64,000 nt of DNA from positions 62,001 to 126,000 of the forward strand of contig QPGO01000004.1 of NCBI GenBank assembly GCA_008632985.1, written 5' to 3'. The translations under genes were made by a program, and so were the position numbers. Shown piece by piece: positions 51,941 through 62,963 of this stretch. The notes under the pieces are model-generated. The model was not told the origin of the DNA, did no database searches, and worked only from the letters and a program-made list of their open reading frames with translations. Numbering within the stretch: the first letter of the stretch is position 1; every line of letters starts with the position of its first letter. This stretch comes from Psammoneis japonica (Eukaryota).

Positions 51941-52666
51941 ATGATTGTCTTGAATCTGGGAGTCCGAATCGCAGCAGCAGTCTTCTCGGTACCACCAGAA
52001 TCCATTTCAATCTGTCTCCCCATGATGGCACCACTCCCCTCGTCTCAGGCCGAATTTCTCAGGAGGCAAGAGGTTGACTCACTTCTCGAAACAGTTTGGC
52101 GAGACTCTGACGGCTTTGAAAAACCAGCGGATGATCAAGATAATCGCGCGTATACCTATGGTGAAGTTACGAGTCTCGGTGCTCGACAACTCTTTGACTA
52201 CATGGGTATGCGAACGGCTTCAAATGTGGTGTTTGCGGATTTGGGCTCCGGTGTCGGCAAACTCGTGGTTCAAGCCTATTTAGAGGTTAAAAGTTTACAA
52301 CGAGCGGTGGGAGTTGAGTTGGCGCAATCTCGTCATGATGCAGCTGTGCGTGCTTGGAATGAAATTCAAAAGAAAAGTGTTTTCGTCGACAACAGTGACG
52401 AAAGTAGAAGCTTAGAGCTAATACAAGGGGATTTGTTCAACTTGGATCTGGCGGACACCACTCATGTCTATATCGCATCCCTTTGCTTCTCCGATGAAAT
52501 GGTTGAAAGAGTTGCCGAAAAGTTGCTGGAGGCGCCACAACTGCAAGTCGTGGCTACGTTGAAGCAGTTTCCTTCGTTTGGAAAGCCATCGTTCATCGAG
52601 TTTGTGGAAATGTCATGGACCAAGCCGTTTGGACATGGCTGCGAAGTCTACTTCTACAAACTGTGA
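51941..52666 (+). CDS. DOT1-like class I SAM-dependent methyltransferase
   Basis: YTYGEV, VFADLGSGVGKLVVQA, AVGVEL...RH, LIQGDL, HVYIASLCF. Confidence 0.8.
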   Translation: MIVLNLGVRIAAAVFSVPPESISICLPMMAPLPSSQAEFLRRQEVDSLLETVWRDSDGFEKPADDQDNRAYTYGEVTSLGARQLFDYMGMRTASNVVFADLGSGVGKLVVQAYLEVKSLQRAVGVELAQSRHDAAVRAWNEIQKKSVFVDNSDESRSLELIQGDLFNLDLADTTHVYIASLCFSDEMVERVAEKLLEAPQLQVVATLKQFPSFGKPSFIEFVEMSWTKPFGHGCEVYFYKL

Positions 52667-52927
52667 CCGGCGTCGAATTAATGACACCTTAAGGCTATTG
52701 TATGGTAACTCTCTCTATGCCAATGACACCACGTCGCGTCGTCAGCATGCAGTTTCAGGTTTTCAAGTAGACACGATCTCGTCACGCACACGCCTAAACG
52801 TCCACTCACAGATCCTCTGCTTCTGCGAACAGTGGTTTTCAAGAGAACAACAAGCCCGCGGTAATCGACACGTGTCGATCTGCGCAATTGATTCGGGCAT
52901 CTCTCCGATCAACATAACTAAGATAAA

Positions 52928-54633
52928 ATGAAGCTGATCATATTGCTATTGTCAACAAGCTGGGTCTTCAAGATCCATGAGACGCATGGTTTCACTCTCC
53001 CTGGCAAATTCCAGTGGCGAGCTCCGAATCGTCAGGGACGGCTCGTTCATGCTGAAGTAGGAGACAAATCAATTGCAGCTGACACGGAACCGGCAGTCCT
53101 CCCTAGAATTATTCCTACGAAAGGCGTCCTCATTCACTTGTACAGCGATGAAATTGACCCAAAGTCACTGGAGCAACTCACGCGGTTAGCAGAGAGCCCA
53201 ATCCCTACCGACTATGTAAGTGTCATGCCTGACGTCCACCTGGGCAAAGGCGTCACCGTTGGTACCGTCTTTGCCAGCGAAGAATATGTTTGTCCTAATG
53301 CGGTTGGGGTGGACATTGGATGTGGAATGGCGGCAGTGCCCATTGATGGTCTCTACAAGGGGCAGCTCACGTCGGACGATTTGAATGAGATCCAGCAACA
53401 GCTGAAGGAGAGAATTCCGACGGGTTTTAATGAATACTCGTCGATGCTACCAGGGACCAAGACAACCCTAGATGAAATTACGGCCGAAGTGGAACCGACG
53501 CAATTTGTAAGAGAGCGCCTTTTGCAGCCCAAAGTATTGAACCAGCTAGGAACTCTAGGAGGAGGGTACGTTGACTTGTTGTGACGTTAGACTTCAAAAA
53601 TGGTCTCAAATACGTCTTTGTTGGTATATGCAAACCTTCTTACTGTGTCGACGTTGCTCGCATCGTTTATTCCAGAAATCACTTTCTTGAATTGGTAAAC
53701 GAAGAGGGATCAGACCGCGTTTGGATTATGCTTCATTCAGGAAGCCGAAACATTGGCCATCAAGTAGCCAGTCACTACAATGAGATGGCCAAGCTCCAGC
53801 TCGAGAAGAAAGGAGTTGATACACAGAGTCTCAAAGGCCTGAATTACATGCCTATCGAATCCGAGGAAGGTCGAAATTATCTAAAAGACATGGAGTGGTG
53901 CCAACGCTATGCCTTCCACAACCGTAAGCTTATGAAGGAGAGCATGCTGGAAGTGGTCGAGAAGGTTACTGGAAAGAGGCCAGCCACAATGGCGGAGGCG
54001 GTCAACATCCATCACAACTATTGTGCTTGCGAGGATTGTGGCGACGGGAGAAAGCTTTGGATCACGCGAAAAGGTGCGACCTCTGCAAAGGTTGGAGAAA
54101 TGGGAATAATCCCGGGTTCAATGGGAGTTGGTTCGTACATCACAAAGGGGAAAGGTAATCTGATGAGCTGGAATTCTGCAGCTCATGGTGCGGGAAGGAC
54201 CATGTCAAGGACTACGGCACGTGAGAAGATCTCTCAAGAAGACTTTGAGGAGTCTATGAAAGGAGTGGTTTGTGATACGCACCCCAACGTCAAAGATGAA
54301 GCTCCCCAGGCATACAAGGATCTTTCAGTAGTGATGAAGAACCAAGAATGCCTTACGGAGGTTGTTCACCGCCTTCTTCCACTTGTAAATGTGAAAGGCT
54401 TCGAAGACGTAGTGCCAAAGAAATATCGCACCAAGAAGCAGCAACAGGAGACTCTGAAACAAGAAAAGGAAGACCTATCGAGAGGCGTCCACAAACTATC
54501 TTCACGACTCCAATCGACGTTATTTGTAGAAGAGGCGGCGCCAAAAAAGGTAGCGGCTGCTAGGGCTAAGTTGTTGAAACTTGAAGAACGTATGGCGAAA
54601 ATTGACTTGGAGTTGGCCTCCTTGACGGAGTAG
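52928..54633 (+). CDS. rtcB: RtcB RNA ligase, bacterial-type, with N-terminal presequence (intron 53566-53675)
   Basis: MPDVH, AVGVDIGCGM, LGTLGGG|NHFLE, HSGSR, HHNY, RKGAT, PGSMG, HGAGR, DEAPQAYK. Confidence 0.93.
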
Positions 54634-55349
54634 CTCGGTAGATAGGATACCTAGTCATCTGCAGATGCCCATAGTTCATTCTCAACATTCAAGTAGAGTT
54701 ATTAGAGTGTATCACGCCCATTCTGCATGCGCCATCTCGTTGACGGTCATCAGCAAGTGATTGAGATTGAAGCCTGCTACAGCTTAACACGACAGCACAG
54801 CCAAGACCAAGTTCTTGAGAAGCGCTAGACTTGGCAGGCATTCACAAACAGCAAACACATGATTCCAAAACCAATAGCGCGATTCTTCATTGTAGAAGTA
54901 GCAACAGATAAAATGAAATGAATGCGACTGGGAATGCATGGTCTAGCTATGAGTAAGTCTCTCCACGGTAGTATCTATCTAGAGTAGTAGTAGTTGCTTG
55001 CTAGTAGTAGATTGGTACTATCACTCTCTACTCTACGAGTAGCTAGCTACTAGAGAGGAAGGGTACTCGTAGGCAAGACCGAAATAGGGCCCTCCGGTAC
55101 AGTGACAGCCACAGCGCAGCGAAACCATCACGTTTGGTCCGTGGTCCGTGCGGCGCAAAGCGCTCCACTTCAGTCTTGCTTGAAGTTGGTAATAAGAGTT
55201 CTGATGCTTCTCGCCACTTCCATCTTGACGCATCATGGCGTTCTCTATTTTGAACCACTTCTCCTTGCCTCTTGTTACCCTTCTTGTTCGCTGTCGTCTT
55301 TCCTCTTGACCCTCGATTATTTCAAACTACACTACTTGTCGTTGTCAAC

Positions 55350-56798
55350 ATGTCCGACAAGAAAACCTTTCCTCCGTCGTCGTCTTATGGAATTGCCTTT
55401 GGCCAGTTTTCGAGACCTCAGGAGCAGAATAAAAACCCTCCAATTTCCTCTTCGAATCAAGTAGTGGCCTCGTACCAGGTTCCAAATGTTTCGGCAACCA
55501 ACGTTACCCATCGTGGGAACCGGCCAGGGCCGGGTGAAGGACTTGCGACTCGCACCAGCTCCACAAAACATTGTAATCGCACCAATATGAAGCTTTCTAA
55601 GAACACATGTAGTCACAAGCCAACCTTAGCTGCCGGTCCCGATCATTCGAGGACAAAAGCAAAAATGACGGCAACGGCAAGAATTACTTCCACTGCTCTG
55701 CATACGGTACAGGTAGCAGCGCAGGAGCAAGAGACTCCGCAGACGCAACCTGGCGCCCTGCGTGTTCCTGGAACTAATGGAGGATGCCCCGATGCTGACA
55801 CAGTGGACGATTTCACCTATGCCTCCAATGACGGCAGTCTTCCTCCTACTCCGGGAAGACATCAGAATGAAGAAGTGGGCACTGTGATGGCAGAAGTAGT
55901 CACGAGTGATATATTGGTAAATGAGTTTCGAGACCAGATCCTCGAGGAACTCGGAGCCCAATTAGTCCAAGCTGAACCAGTCGCAACGCATTATCCCGGC
56001 AACCGCGATGAAGAACAAGAGATTCCATACACGTCACCACAGAATACTGCAAGTGCATTTGCTCCGCCCAATTCCAAACCATGGTGGAAACTTCGTCGCA
56101 ACCATTGGGTGCTTGCGGGTTTGGTGATTTTTGTAATCGCAGGGGTTGTAGTGGCCGTGGTTATCGTGTCGGTAGGAGAAGGCAACAGCAGTCCATCAGC
56201 AGCGGCGAGTGCTCCTACGCAGTTTCCAACTCTGTCGTCGACACCAAGTCCCAGTCCGGACCTTACACACAGTCCATCCTTTTCTACTTTGCCAGCGAAA
56301 TGTTCTGATATTGAGGTCGATTTTGATGTCTGGGGGCGCACTGCAAGAGGAATAGACTTGCGCCATTACACAGGCAGCACCCTACACTGGATTGGGTGCT
56401 ACTCCCCTACAACTTATAGCTGTATTCCGGACACATTCTTTTGCAACAATGATGAAAAATCCATACACTTTGGGACAACTTCGACAGATAACGCACTGAG
56501 AGCTCTTGTCGACCAAAACAACGCGCTTGGTGACGGTATTCCTTCGAATTTTTCTAGCAATGGTAGCGGATGTTGCTCGATTGAAAACCCCAATGATGTC
56601 TGCAATGCTCCTGATACGATCCAAGGTGCCACTGCACTTTGTCGGGCACTGGGCTACCCAAAAGGGGCACTTGTTCGGAGGGTCGACACAAACAATTGCC
56701 CGGAAGTCTTCGCCATTGGAGGTGACGCATCTAATTGGGCAACAGATTTCGTTCGCTCGTTTGGTCATGGCGCTGAGTTTAACTGCTCTTTTGTATGA
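55350..56798 (+). CDS. Type II membrane protein with PT stalk and Cys-rich extracellular domain
   Basis: ATG at 55350; PGALRVPG, KPWWK + TM WVLAGLVIFVIAGVVVAVVIV, SAPTQFPT stalk, about 10 Cys in the C-terminal domain. Confidence 0.8.
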   Translation: MSDKKTFPPSSSYGIAFGQFSRPQEQNKNPPISSSNQVVASYQVPNVSATNVTHRGNRPGPGEGLATRTSSTKHCNRTNMKLSKNTCSHKPTLAAGPDHSRTKAKMTATARITSTALHTVQVAAQEQETPQTQPGALRVPGTNGGCPDADTVDDFTYASNDGSLPPTPGRHQNEEVGTVMAEVVTSDILVNEFRDQILEELGAQLVQAEPVATHYPGNRDEEQEIPYTSPQNTASAFAPPNSKPWWKLRRNHWVLAGLVIFVIAGVVVAVVIVSVGEGNSSPSAAASAPTQFPTLSSTPSPSPDLTHSPSFSTLPAKCSDIEVDFDVWGRTARGIDLRHYTGSTLHWIGCYSPTTYSCIPDTFFCNNDEKSIHFGTTSTDNALRALVDQNNALGDGIPSNFSSNGSGCCSIENPNDVCNAPDTIQGATALCRALGYPKGALVRRVDTNNCPEVFAIGGDASNWATDFVRSFGHGAEFNCSFV

Positions 56799-57134
56799 AA
56801 GATCACATTGCTTGATGTAAAGAATTGGGGACAACATTGCTGAAGAGGCTCGCGCTCGAACGTTACACTGGAGTCCATCAAAGCTGCCGTGACGAGGAGG
56901 CTCGGAGCCAACCCCAGACATGTCATGGGTGCAGTTTGGACATGCGCGATAGGTGTGTGTGTCCGAGGTAGAGAACCTTCGGCGACCGTCTTGGTGAACA
57001 ACGCGGCTGACGGACCCGCGAAGGAGAACACTGCGTCCAGCGTGTGCTGGGAATCAACAAATTTATGAACACATGACACACACTATTTTATCAAAAAGCT
57101 ATAAACATAAGAATACGTTTTTGAATCATTTCGT

Positions 57135-57656
57135 CTAACGATCGAGCAGCATGGAGTTTTCCTTGGGAGCCTGAATGTTGAAATGTTCGAGAAGAAGCTT
57201 CATGTCGCCCTTCATGTCGCTCATTTCCTCTCGAAGGACTTTGATTTGTTCTAGAGCATCTTCGGTGCGATTAATCTGTCCCGTATCACCCCGTTCCTTC
57301 ATGCGCGTCTTGAGTTCGGCAACAAGTTCCGAAACCTTTGCGTCTTGTCCTCCGCATCCCGGAAAGAGAGGTCCTCCTTTGGTGAGATTGGAAGTCATGC
57401 CTGTGCAGCAGAGGCAGTGGACTTCGTCCACGCTTCCCAATTCTCCATAGGGACGACGGGTGTTTACGTTGCACAACCCTCCCTTGACTTCCAAATAGGC
57501 TTCTTCGGGTTCGAGAACAATCGTTTTGGTGCCCATCACACCCGGGCAAAGAGGGAGGAAATGAAAAGGACAAGTGAGGCACAAGAGTGTTTGGCATCCA
57601 TGGTCTGTGACGATGTATTCCTTGTTCTTTCCAAAGGATGATGATGTATTTGCCAT
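57135..57656 (-). CDS. Hypothetical Cys-rich protein with C-terminal coiled coil
   Basis: Part of a 195-codon ORF; MANTSS at 57656 is the likely start; RRPYGELGSV...CLCC...PGCG. Confidence 0.7.
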   Translation of the reverse strand: MANTSSSFGKNKEYIVTDHGCQTLLCLTCPFHFLPLCPGVMGTKTIVLEPEEAYLEVKGGLCNVNTRRPYGELGSVDEVHCLCCTGMTSNLTKGGPLFPGCGGQDAKVSELVAELKTRMKERGDTGQINRTEDALEQIKVLREEMSDMKGDMKLLLEHFNIQAPKENSMLLDR

Positions 57657-58054
57657 GTACGTTGTCGTTTTTGTTTTTCGGTAATTTATGAGCCTAGGAG
57701 ACGAAAAAATGGCAAGAATCATCGAAAGAGTCCCACCGAAAAAGTGAGGAGCAGATTTATTCGTGACTCACTCGCCAGCGTGGGGCAATAGGTAGATTGA
57801 GTCGTGTTTCTATGGCCGCCATAGCATTGACGCCTTTTCCCCATCATGGTGCTCTTTAAGATTCTCTGTAGCCTCAAGTACAAGAACTACGTAGTACTGC
57901 AGAAACTCCGTAACGGACACGTAGACGGACGACGGACACTCAGTGCGAGTTGAAGATTTCGACAAAAATGAGAACGCACCGCACATCATCACCAATGCGA
58001 CGATGACTCTTGATTGACATTGGCGGCAGCGTTTAAATCCATCACTACAGCACC

Positions 58055-59635
58055 ATGAACGGCATAACACACCGCCATGTCGGTGCTACAAGTCCTGTCG
58101 CAGTAAAGGATTTGACGATTCAAGACGGAAGCGCAGCAGCCGAACGTCCCATGCGAAAAGTTCGCAAGCGCCGTCGCAAAAAGTCTGCGTTTCAGTCACA
58201 CTATGGCAAACAGCGACAAAGGGAATGCCTCGTACTTGTACTATTTGGTATCTGTCTGATTGGTTTAGTGGGAACTGTGCTTTACAGGGTCGTCTTTGGC
58301 AAGTCAACAGCAGTGGAAGTAGACGATACAGAACTTGGGCAGGTTCGTGAAGAAGAAGCCGTTGAAACAGAGAAGAAATCGAGCTCGTGGTTCAGTTTTC
58401 TGTTTGGCGGTGGTGCAGACGAAACTTTACCGGGCTCTATGAAGCACATTGGTGACAAGAGTGCGGCTTATGCGGACTTACGGAGGAATTATGACGCTCG
58501 GTTCCCGGACGATCCAGCACGATCGCGACGTGCGGTGGAGTCGCTGCATATGCAAGCGTACCATCCAAAACCAATGACGGACAGAACCAAGAGCATCTAT
58601 GATATTTATGACTGTCCCAAAGAACCACCGATTGGATATCCATATGCTTGGAACGTTATGGATGTGCTGGACAATTGGCCGCCGGATGATCCTACGCCAC
58701 GCCCTCACATCTTTCAAGGTTTGTGCGTTTTCGATTATGAAAAGGACTATGATAAGGCCATGTATTATCGTACCATGGAGAAGCCCTTTGTCGTGGTCAA
58801 TGACCCATCGGTACACAAGTCGGTAGAACGCTGGAACTCGCCGCAGTACATGGATAAGCTCATGGGTGACGTCCCTCATCGGACTGAATTGAGTCAAAAC
58901 AACCATTTCATGTACTGGGTACCACCGCGTAAAAACAAAAACAAACCAAAGCCCAACCGGAAAAACGCAAGGAATCGACTTATTGTGGTGGAAAAGCCCG
59001 ACAATTGGACGCAACCTACCAAAATGATGCGTATGCCTTACCAAGAATGGTTGAAACACGCAAACCGCACGGACGAATATCTTGGTCCGGACAAGCCTCA
59101 TTGGTACTATCGCCTGATTGGATGCGGGGAACAAGGAGAATGTGACAAGGACAGCTCGGAATATTTGTTTGACGAACTGACTTTTTTTCAACCCAAACAG
59201 CCTTCCTTGTACCTCAAGGAGATTGAAAAGCAAAAGGGAATTCATTGTCGATTCGGAATGAAGGGAGTCATTGCCGAGAATCATTTTGACGGATCTCGCA
59301 ACTCCATTGTCGTTTTGGGTGGCTCGCGACGGTACATTTTGGCACATCCGAATCAATGCCAACAACTGGCTCTGTATCCACAGGGCCATCCCAGTGGGAG
59401 GCATTCGGCCGTCGATTGGTCGAATCCCGACCTTGGAGCTTTTCCTCAATTCCAAACCGCTGAAGTCAACGAAGTTGTCTTGCAGCCCGGAGAAGTCTTG
59501 TACCTGCCTACCAATTGGTTTCACTACATTATCAGTTTGGAACTCAACTTTCAATGCAACACGAGGAGTGGAGTCGGACAAGAATACATGCAAGATATGG
59601 ACGAGTGTGGCTTTGGTAGGCCGCCTAGGGACTAG
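58055..59635 (+). CDS. Type II membrane JmjC/cupin-8 2-oxoglutarate/Fe(II) oxygenase
   Basis: TM after a basic stretch; AENHFDGSRN (HxD) and LQPGEVLYLPTNWFH (distal His). Confidence 0.88.
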   Translation: MNGITHRHVGATSPVAVKDLTIQDGSAAAERPMRKVRKRRRKKSAFQSHYGKQRQRECLVLVLFGICLIGLVGTVLYRVVFGKSTAVEVDDTELGQVREEEAVETEKKSSSWFSFLFGGGADETLPGSMKHIGDKSAAYADLRRNYDARFPDDPARSRRAVESLHMQAYHPKPMTDRTKSIYDIYDCPKEPPIGYPYAWNVMDVLDNWPPDDPTPRPHIFQGLCVFDYEKDYDKAMYYRTMEKPFVVVNDPSVHKSVERWNSPQYMDKLMGDVPHRTELSQNNHFMYWVPPRKNKNKPKPNRKNARNRLIVVEKPDNWTQPTKMMRMPYQEWLKHANRTDEYLGPDKPHWYYRLIGCGEQGECDKDSSEYLFDELTFFQPKQPSLYLKEIEKQKGIHCRFGMKGVIAENHFDGSRNSIVVLGGSRRYILAHPNQCQQLALYPQGHPSGRHSAVDWSNPDLGAFPQFQTAEVNEVVLQPGEVLYLPTNWFHYIISLELNFQCNTRSGVGQEYMQDMDECGFGRPPRD

Positions 59636-59649
59636 AGACCGATATTTAG

Positions 59650-59950
59650 TGTACTAGTAGCGAAACGTCATTGTTAACTGCATTTTGCAACTTTTTCCAT
59701 TCTTATCCAGTTGTCGAAACTTATCTTGTCGGCACCATTCCTCCGCATGTGCCATGCCCAACTCCTGCCAAAAGTCTTCTGGCGATGACAACTCAAAGAG
59801 TCGCAACACAACATTAGGGTTCGATCGACCTTGTAGACCTGTTCGCGAAAGCCAATTCGATTTCGAGGAACGGTTACATAGTATCCGTCCACTCTAGACG
59901 TTGTGGCATGTAACGTCACCGGAAGTGTCAATGGTAAAAGGGAGGTTGGT
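59650..59950 (-). pseudogene. Decayed copy of the 3' part of the patatin gene at 61558-62478
   Basis: tagtagcgaaacgtcatt...ttgcaactttttccattctt...tcttgtcggcaccattc...ccatgccc matches ~61564-61665; peptide VDGYYVTVPRNRIG versus VDGFFTVPRNRFG. Confidence 0.8.
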
Positions 59951-60029
59951 GGCGGCGATTGCTGTAGTCCATGTGACTTGCACCGGCAGTATAATCCAAG
60001 CTCCTTACAAAACGTACACATCTATTCCT

Positions 60030-61307
60030 TCATTCTTTGCTGCCAACAAAGAACTCCACGTCATCCACACGTATTTTCGCTATTGGTTCTTCCTCTTCCC
60101 CGCCACCACCAGCCGTGGTACCCCTAATGACGTAGCCCTCGAGCAAGGCCCGGCCAGCGGGACCCTCGTCATTGTACCGTAGACCAGAGGCAAGCTTCTC
60201 CAACAACAGGTCAAGGTCAAATGCAGCTGGAGGATCCGTGTAACCCACAACTGGCAGGCCCAGCGACTCTGCGAGTGTACACGTCTCGGACCATGGCAAG
60301 AACTTGCCGTTTCTGCAAAAGTCAAACACTCGAATGTCGTGCCATGATGATGATGTCTCCCCGCTTACTGCATCTGCGCCGCCGTTGTTATATCTTGCCA
60401 TGATATGTGTTCCCACCGCCTCAAAGTACACACACAGCCCGTTCTCAAGGTTGGCAAAGATAGGAAAGTACTTTTCCGTTGCTTGCCGTATGTACTTGGC
60501 TTCCTTGTCATAGTTTCCATTCGTTGTTACGGACTGTCCGATCTCCGACACACTGTTTGCGCGATTAGCCAAGAATTCATCAAACCCAACATGCAGCCGC
60601 TTGATGTCATATCGCATGTCTTCGTCCGCCCCAAATTTCCGCATGTCACCTTTTGCAAAGTTGTCGGTTCGTTTGAATATGCCCTTGTTGGTAGCCTGTA
60701 CAGTCGTCCCATCCCACTTTTCAGTCAACACGACGGGCTGGCCTTGTACAATTCCATGTTTCTCTGTGGCCAACCGGTCCTTAGAGTACCGAAAAGACTC
60801 TCCGGAACCCGTGCTCTCGAGCAAATGATGAATCTTTCGTTGGACGCGAAGTCCATCTGTGTATAGCGATCGATCAAACGCGGCCTTTATCGCCGCCATT
60901 TTCGCCTTTTTGATGGCCTTGAATTGCTTTTCAAACTTCTTCTTTGTCTTGCTTTGCGGTAACAGGTTCAACAGGTCTTGTATCAGCACATCATCATGTT
61001 TTGTGCTCTTGTCGTCAGCCGAAGAATTGGATTGCTGTTCCAGTGAAGTCATGAGCTTGCGCAGTTCCCTAGTCACTGATCCTTCAAGTTCAAGTTTGAG
61101 TGTGTCCATTTTGGCAATCAACTCTGATGCCATCACGGTACATTGGATGGCACCATCATCACTCGTTTTACCCACATCGAATGCTCTAGCTTCTTCTTGG
61201 GCTCGGCTCCTCTGCTTCAGTTCGCGCACCTGCTGACCAATCTCCTTGACTTGTTCAATTTGTCCAAGTTCACTGTCTGTAAAAGACACATCACTGGAGA
61301 ACATCAT
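60030..61307 (-). CDS. ATP-dependent RNA-ligase-like nucleotidyltransferase with N-terminal coiled coil
   Basis: Motifs I TEKWDGT, III VYFEAVG, IIIa IRVFDF, IV LEGYVIR, V IAKIR, in order; no OB fold follows. Confidence 0.8.
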   Translation of the reverse strand: MMFSSDVSFTDSELGQIEQVKEIGQQVRELKQRSRAQEEARAFDVGKTSDDGAIQCTVMASELIAKMDTLKLELEGSVTRELRKLMTSLEQQSNSSADDKSTKHDDVLIQDLLNLLPQSKTKKKFEKQFKAIKKAKMAAIKAAFDRSLYTDGLRVQRKIHHLLESTGSGESFRYSKDRLATEKHGIVQGQPVVLTEKWDGTTVQATNKGIFKRTDNFAKGDMRKFGADEDMRYDIKRLHVGFDEFLANRANSVSEIGQSVTTNGNYDKEAKYIRQATEKYFPIFANLENGLCVYFEAVGTHIMARYNNGGADAVSGETSSSWHDIRVFDFCRNGKFLPWSETCTLAESLGLPVVGYTDPPAAFDLDLLLEKLASGLRYNDEGPAGRALLEGYVIRGTTAGGGGEEEEPIAKIRVDDVEFFVGSKE

Positions 61308-61557
61308 CTTCTGTTCAGTTGTGGCGACTGCTGCTTAGAGAGTTGACGAGTTGAGATAACAGATAACAGGATGCGGGCGCCTCTCGCGACGCGGATACGG
61401 GTTATGGGCTTTGACGCATTGCTGAGGAATCGCCGCACCGTTCACTATGCAACAGTCTAAATTATAGGAGTACCAGTTTGGAACTTAACCTTCAATGCAA
61501 CACGTCGCGTACCAGAGATAAAATACTGTGGCATTGGCAGGGGGTAGGTCGAAATCT

Positions 61558-62478
61558 CTAGTTTAGTAGCGAAGCGTCATTAACTGCTTTTTGCAACTCT
61601 TTCCATTCTTGTCGTTGTCGACGCTCTTCTTGTCGGCACCATTCTTCAGCATCCTCCATGCCCGACTCGTACACCTTTGTCAAGTCTTCTGATGATGATG
61701 ACTGGGTGGCGAGTTGCAAAAGAGTCGCAATATCGTTCGTTTCGCTGCAGGGACTAATTTCATCGTTCATGTCTTGTTCGTCCGAAGGAATCTCCAAACC
61801 AATTGTCTCGTGCGGAAAGACAGATACCGTGACAGTTCGTTCGACCTGTGGACCGTGTGTCTCCGACAGGACCTCAAAGTCAGGACAGCCAAATCGGTTT
61901 CGGGGGACAGTAAAGAATCCATCCACCAAAAGTCGTGGCAACCAACCGTCACCAGTCGTATCAATGGCAAACGGAAGGTTTGTTGTAAAGAATGGAAATG
62001 TTGACGAATGACACACGGCTTGAATCAAATCTTGCTTATCCTCAAAGGACGTCTGTAAGAAGGACTTGCGTTGTGGAAAAACCTGATGATAGGCGATGCC
62101 AGTAATCCCGCTCCGTTCTTGCAATTGTTCAAAGGCTTCTTGATCAATCAGTTTATCCATTTGCTGTCGCAGAGGTGCCAACAAACGTCCTCGCGCTCCT
62201 CCTTGTTGTTCGACCTCGTCTGAAATTTGAATCGTCGCGTCCAAGACCTTGTGGGGGTGAATACCACATGCATGGGCGGCAACGGCAATAGCACCAGCGG
62301 ACGACCCCGCAATTGGTGTTTCTGGTGTCAAGTACCCCTTGTCTTGCAAGGTTGTCAACACGCCCATGTGATAGGGCAACAACAAACCGCCGGGGGAGAG
62401 AGAAAAACCAATCGTCATGGTGGTCAAGTCAAGAGCAGGAGTGTCAACCACCACAGCGGTTGTGGGAATGCTCACCAC
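61558..62478 (-). CDS. Patatin-like phospholipase (5' end uncertain)
   Basis: FSLSPGGLLLPYHMGV, AGSSAGA (GxSxG), LLVDGFF. Confidence 0.85.
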   Translation of the reverse strand: MVSIPTTAVVVDTPALDLTTMTIGFSLSPGGLLLPYHMGVLTTLQDKGYLTPETPIAGSSAGAIAVAAHACGIHPHKVLDATIQISDEVEQQGGARGRLLAPLRQQMDKLIDQEAFEQLQERSGITGIAYHQVFPQRKSFLQTSFEDKQDLIQAVCHSSTFPFFTTNLPFAIDTTGDGWLPRLLVDGFFTVPRNRFGCPDFEVLSETHGPQVERTVTVSVFPHETIGLEIPSDEQDMNDEISPCSETNDIATLLQLATQSSSSEDLTKVYESGMEDAEEWCRQEERRQRQEWKELQKAVNDASLLN

Positions 62479-62963
62479 CTGCCTTGACAGCGGCGGAAAA
62501 GAGGCGGGATTGGATTGGAACTGTGACGTGGCAAAAAATCAAACTGAAAAACTTCCCTCCACTATTCGACAGGCGCGCACAACGTACAAAGTGTACTGTG
62601 TTCTACATGAATGAGAAGCCGTCTGTCTGCATTCGGATTCGTTGACATCCTGTTGACAACGATGCACGATGCGAAGAATGCGAACTGGAAGAGATCAAAT
62701 ATATAATGCAATGAACGTTGAAAGTGGATGGAATGGTACTGGGACAATCGACCGCAACAGCAGCATCGCTTAGGTATGTATCTATTCTCTTGCAAAAAAG
62801 GTCAAGTCCATGTTCGTGTTGAGCGCGTAGGAGAATTGGAAAGACGGATTTGCTGCTATCCATAGTAGGGTAGGAGACTCCGCCCCACTACGTCCGTACG
62901 ATCCTTTCTAACACACCAGTCTTTCAACTCTTCAATTAAGTTTTCTTCATATCATAACACAAG

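Noticed and set aside
51941..54633. Bacterial rtc operon or contamination
   Set aside because: RtcB has a spliceosomal intron and a eukaryotic presequence, and the flanking genes are eukaryotic.
58478..59593. 371-aa antisense ORF (also 11084-11677, 25702-26232, 5276-5764)
   Set aside because: Shadow ORFs opposite better-supported genes, with no motifs of their own.
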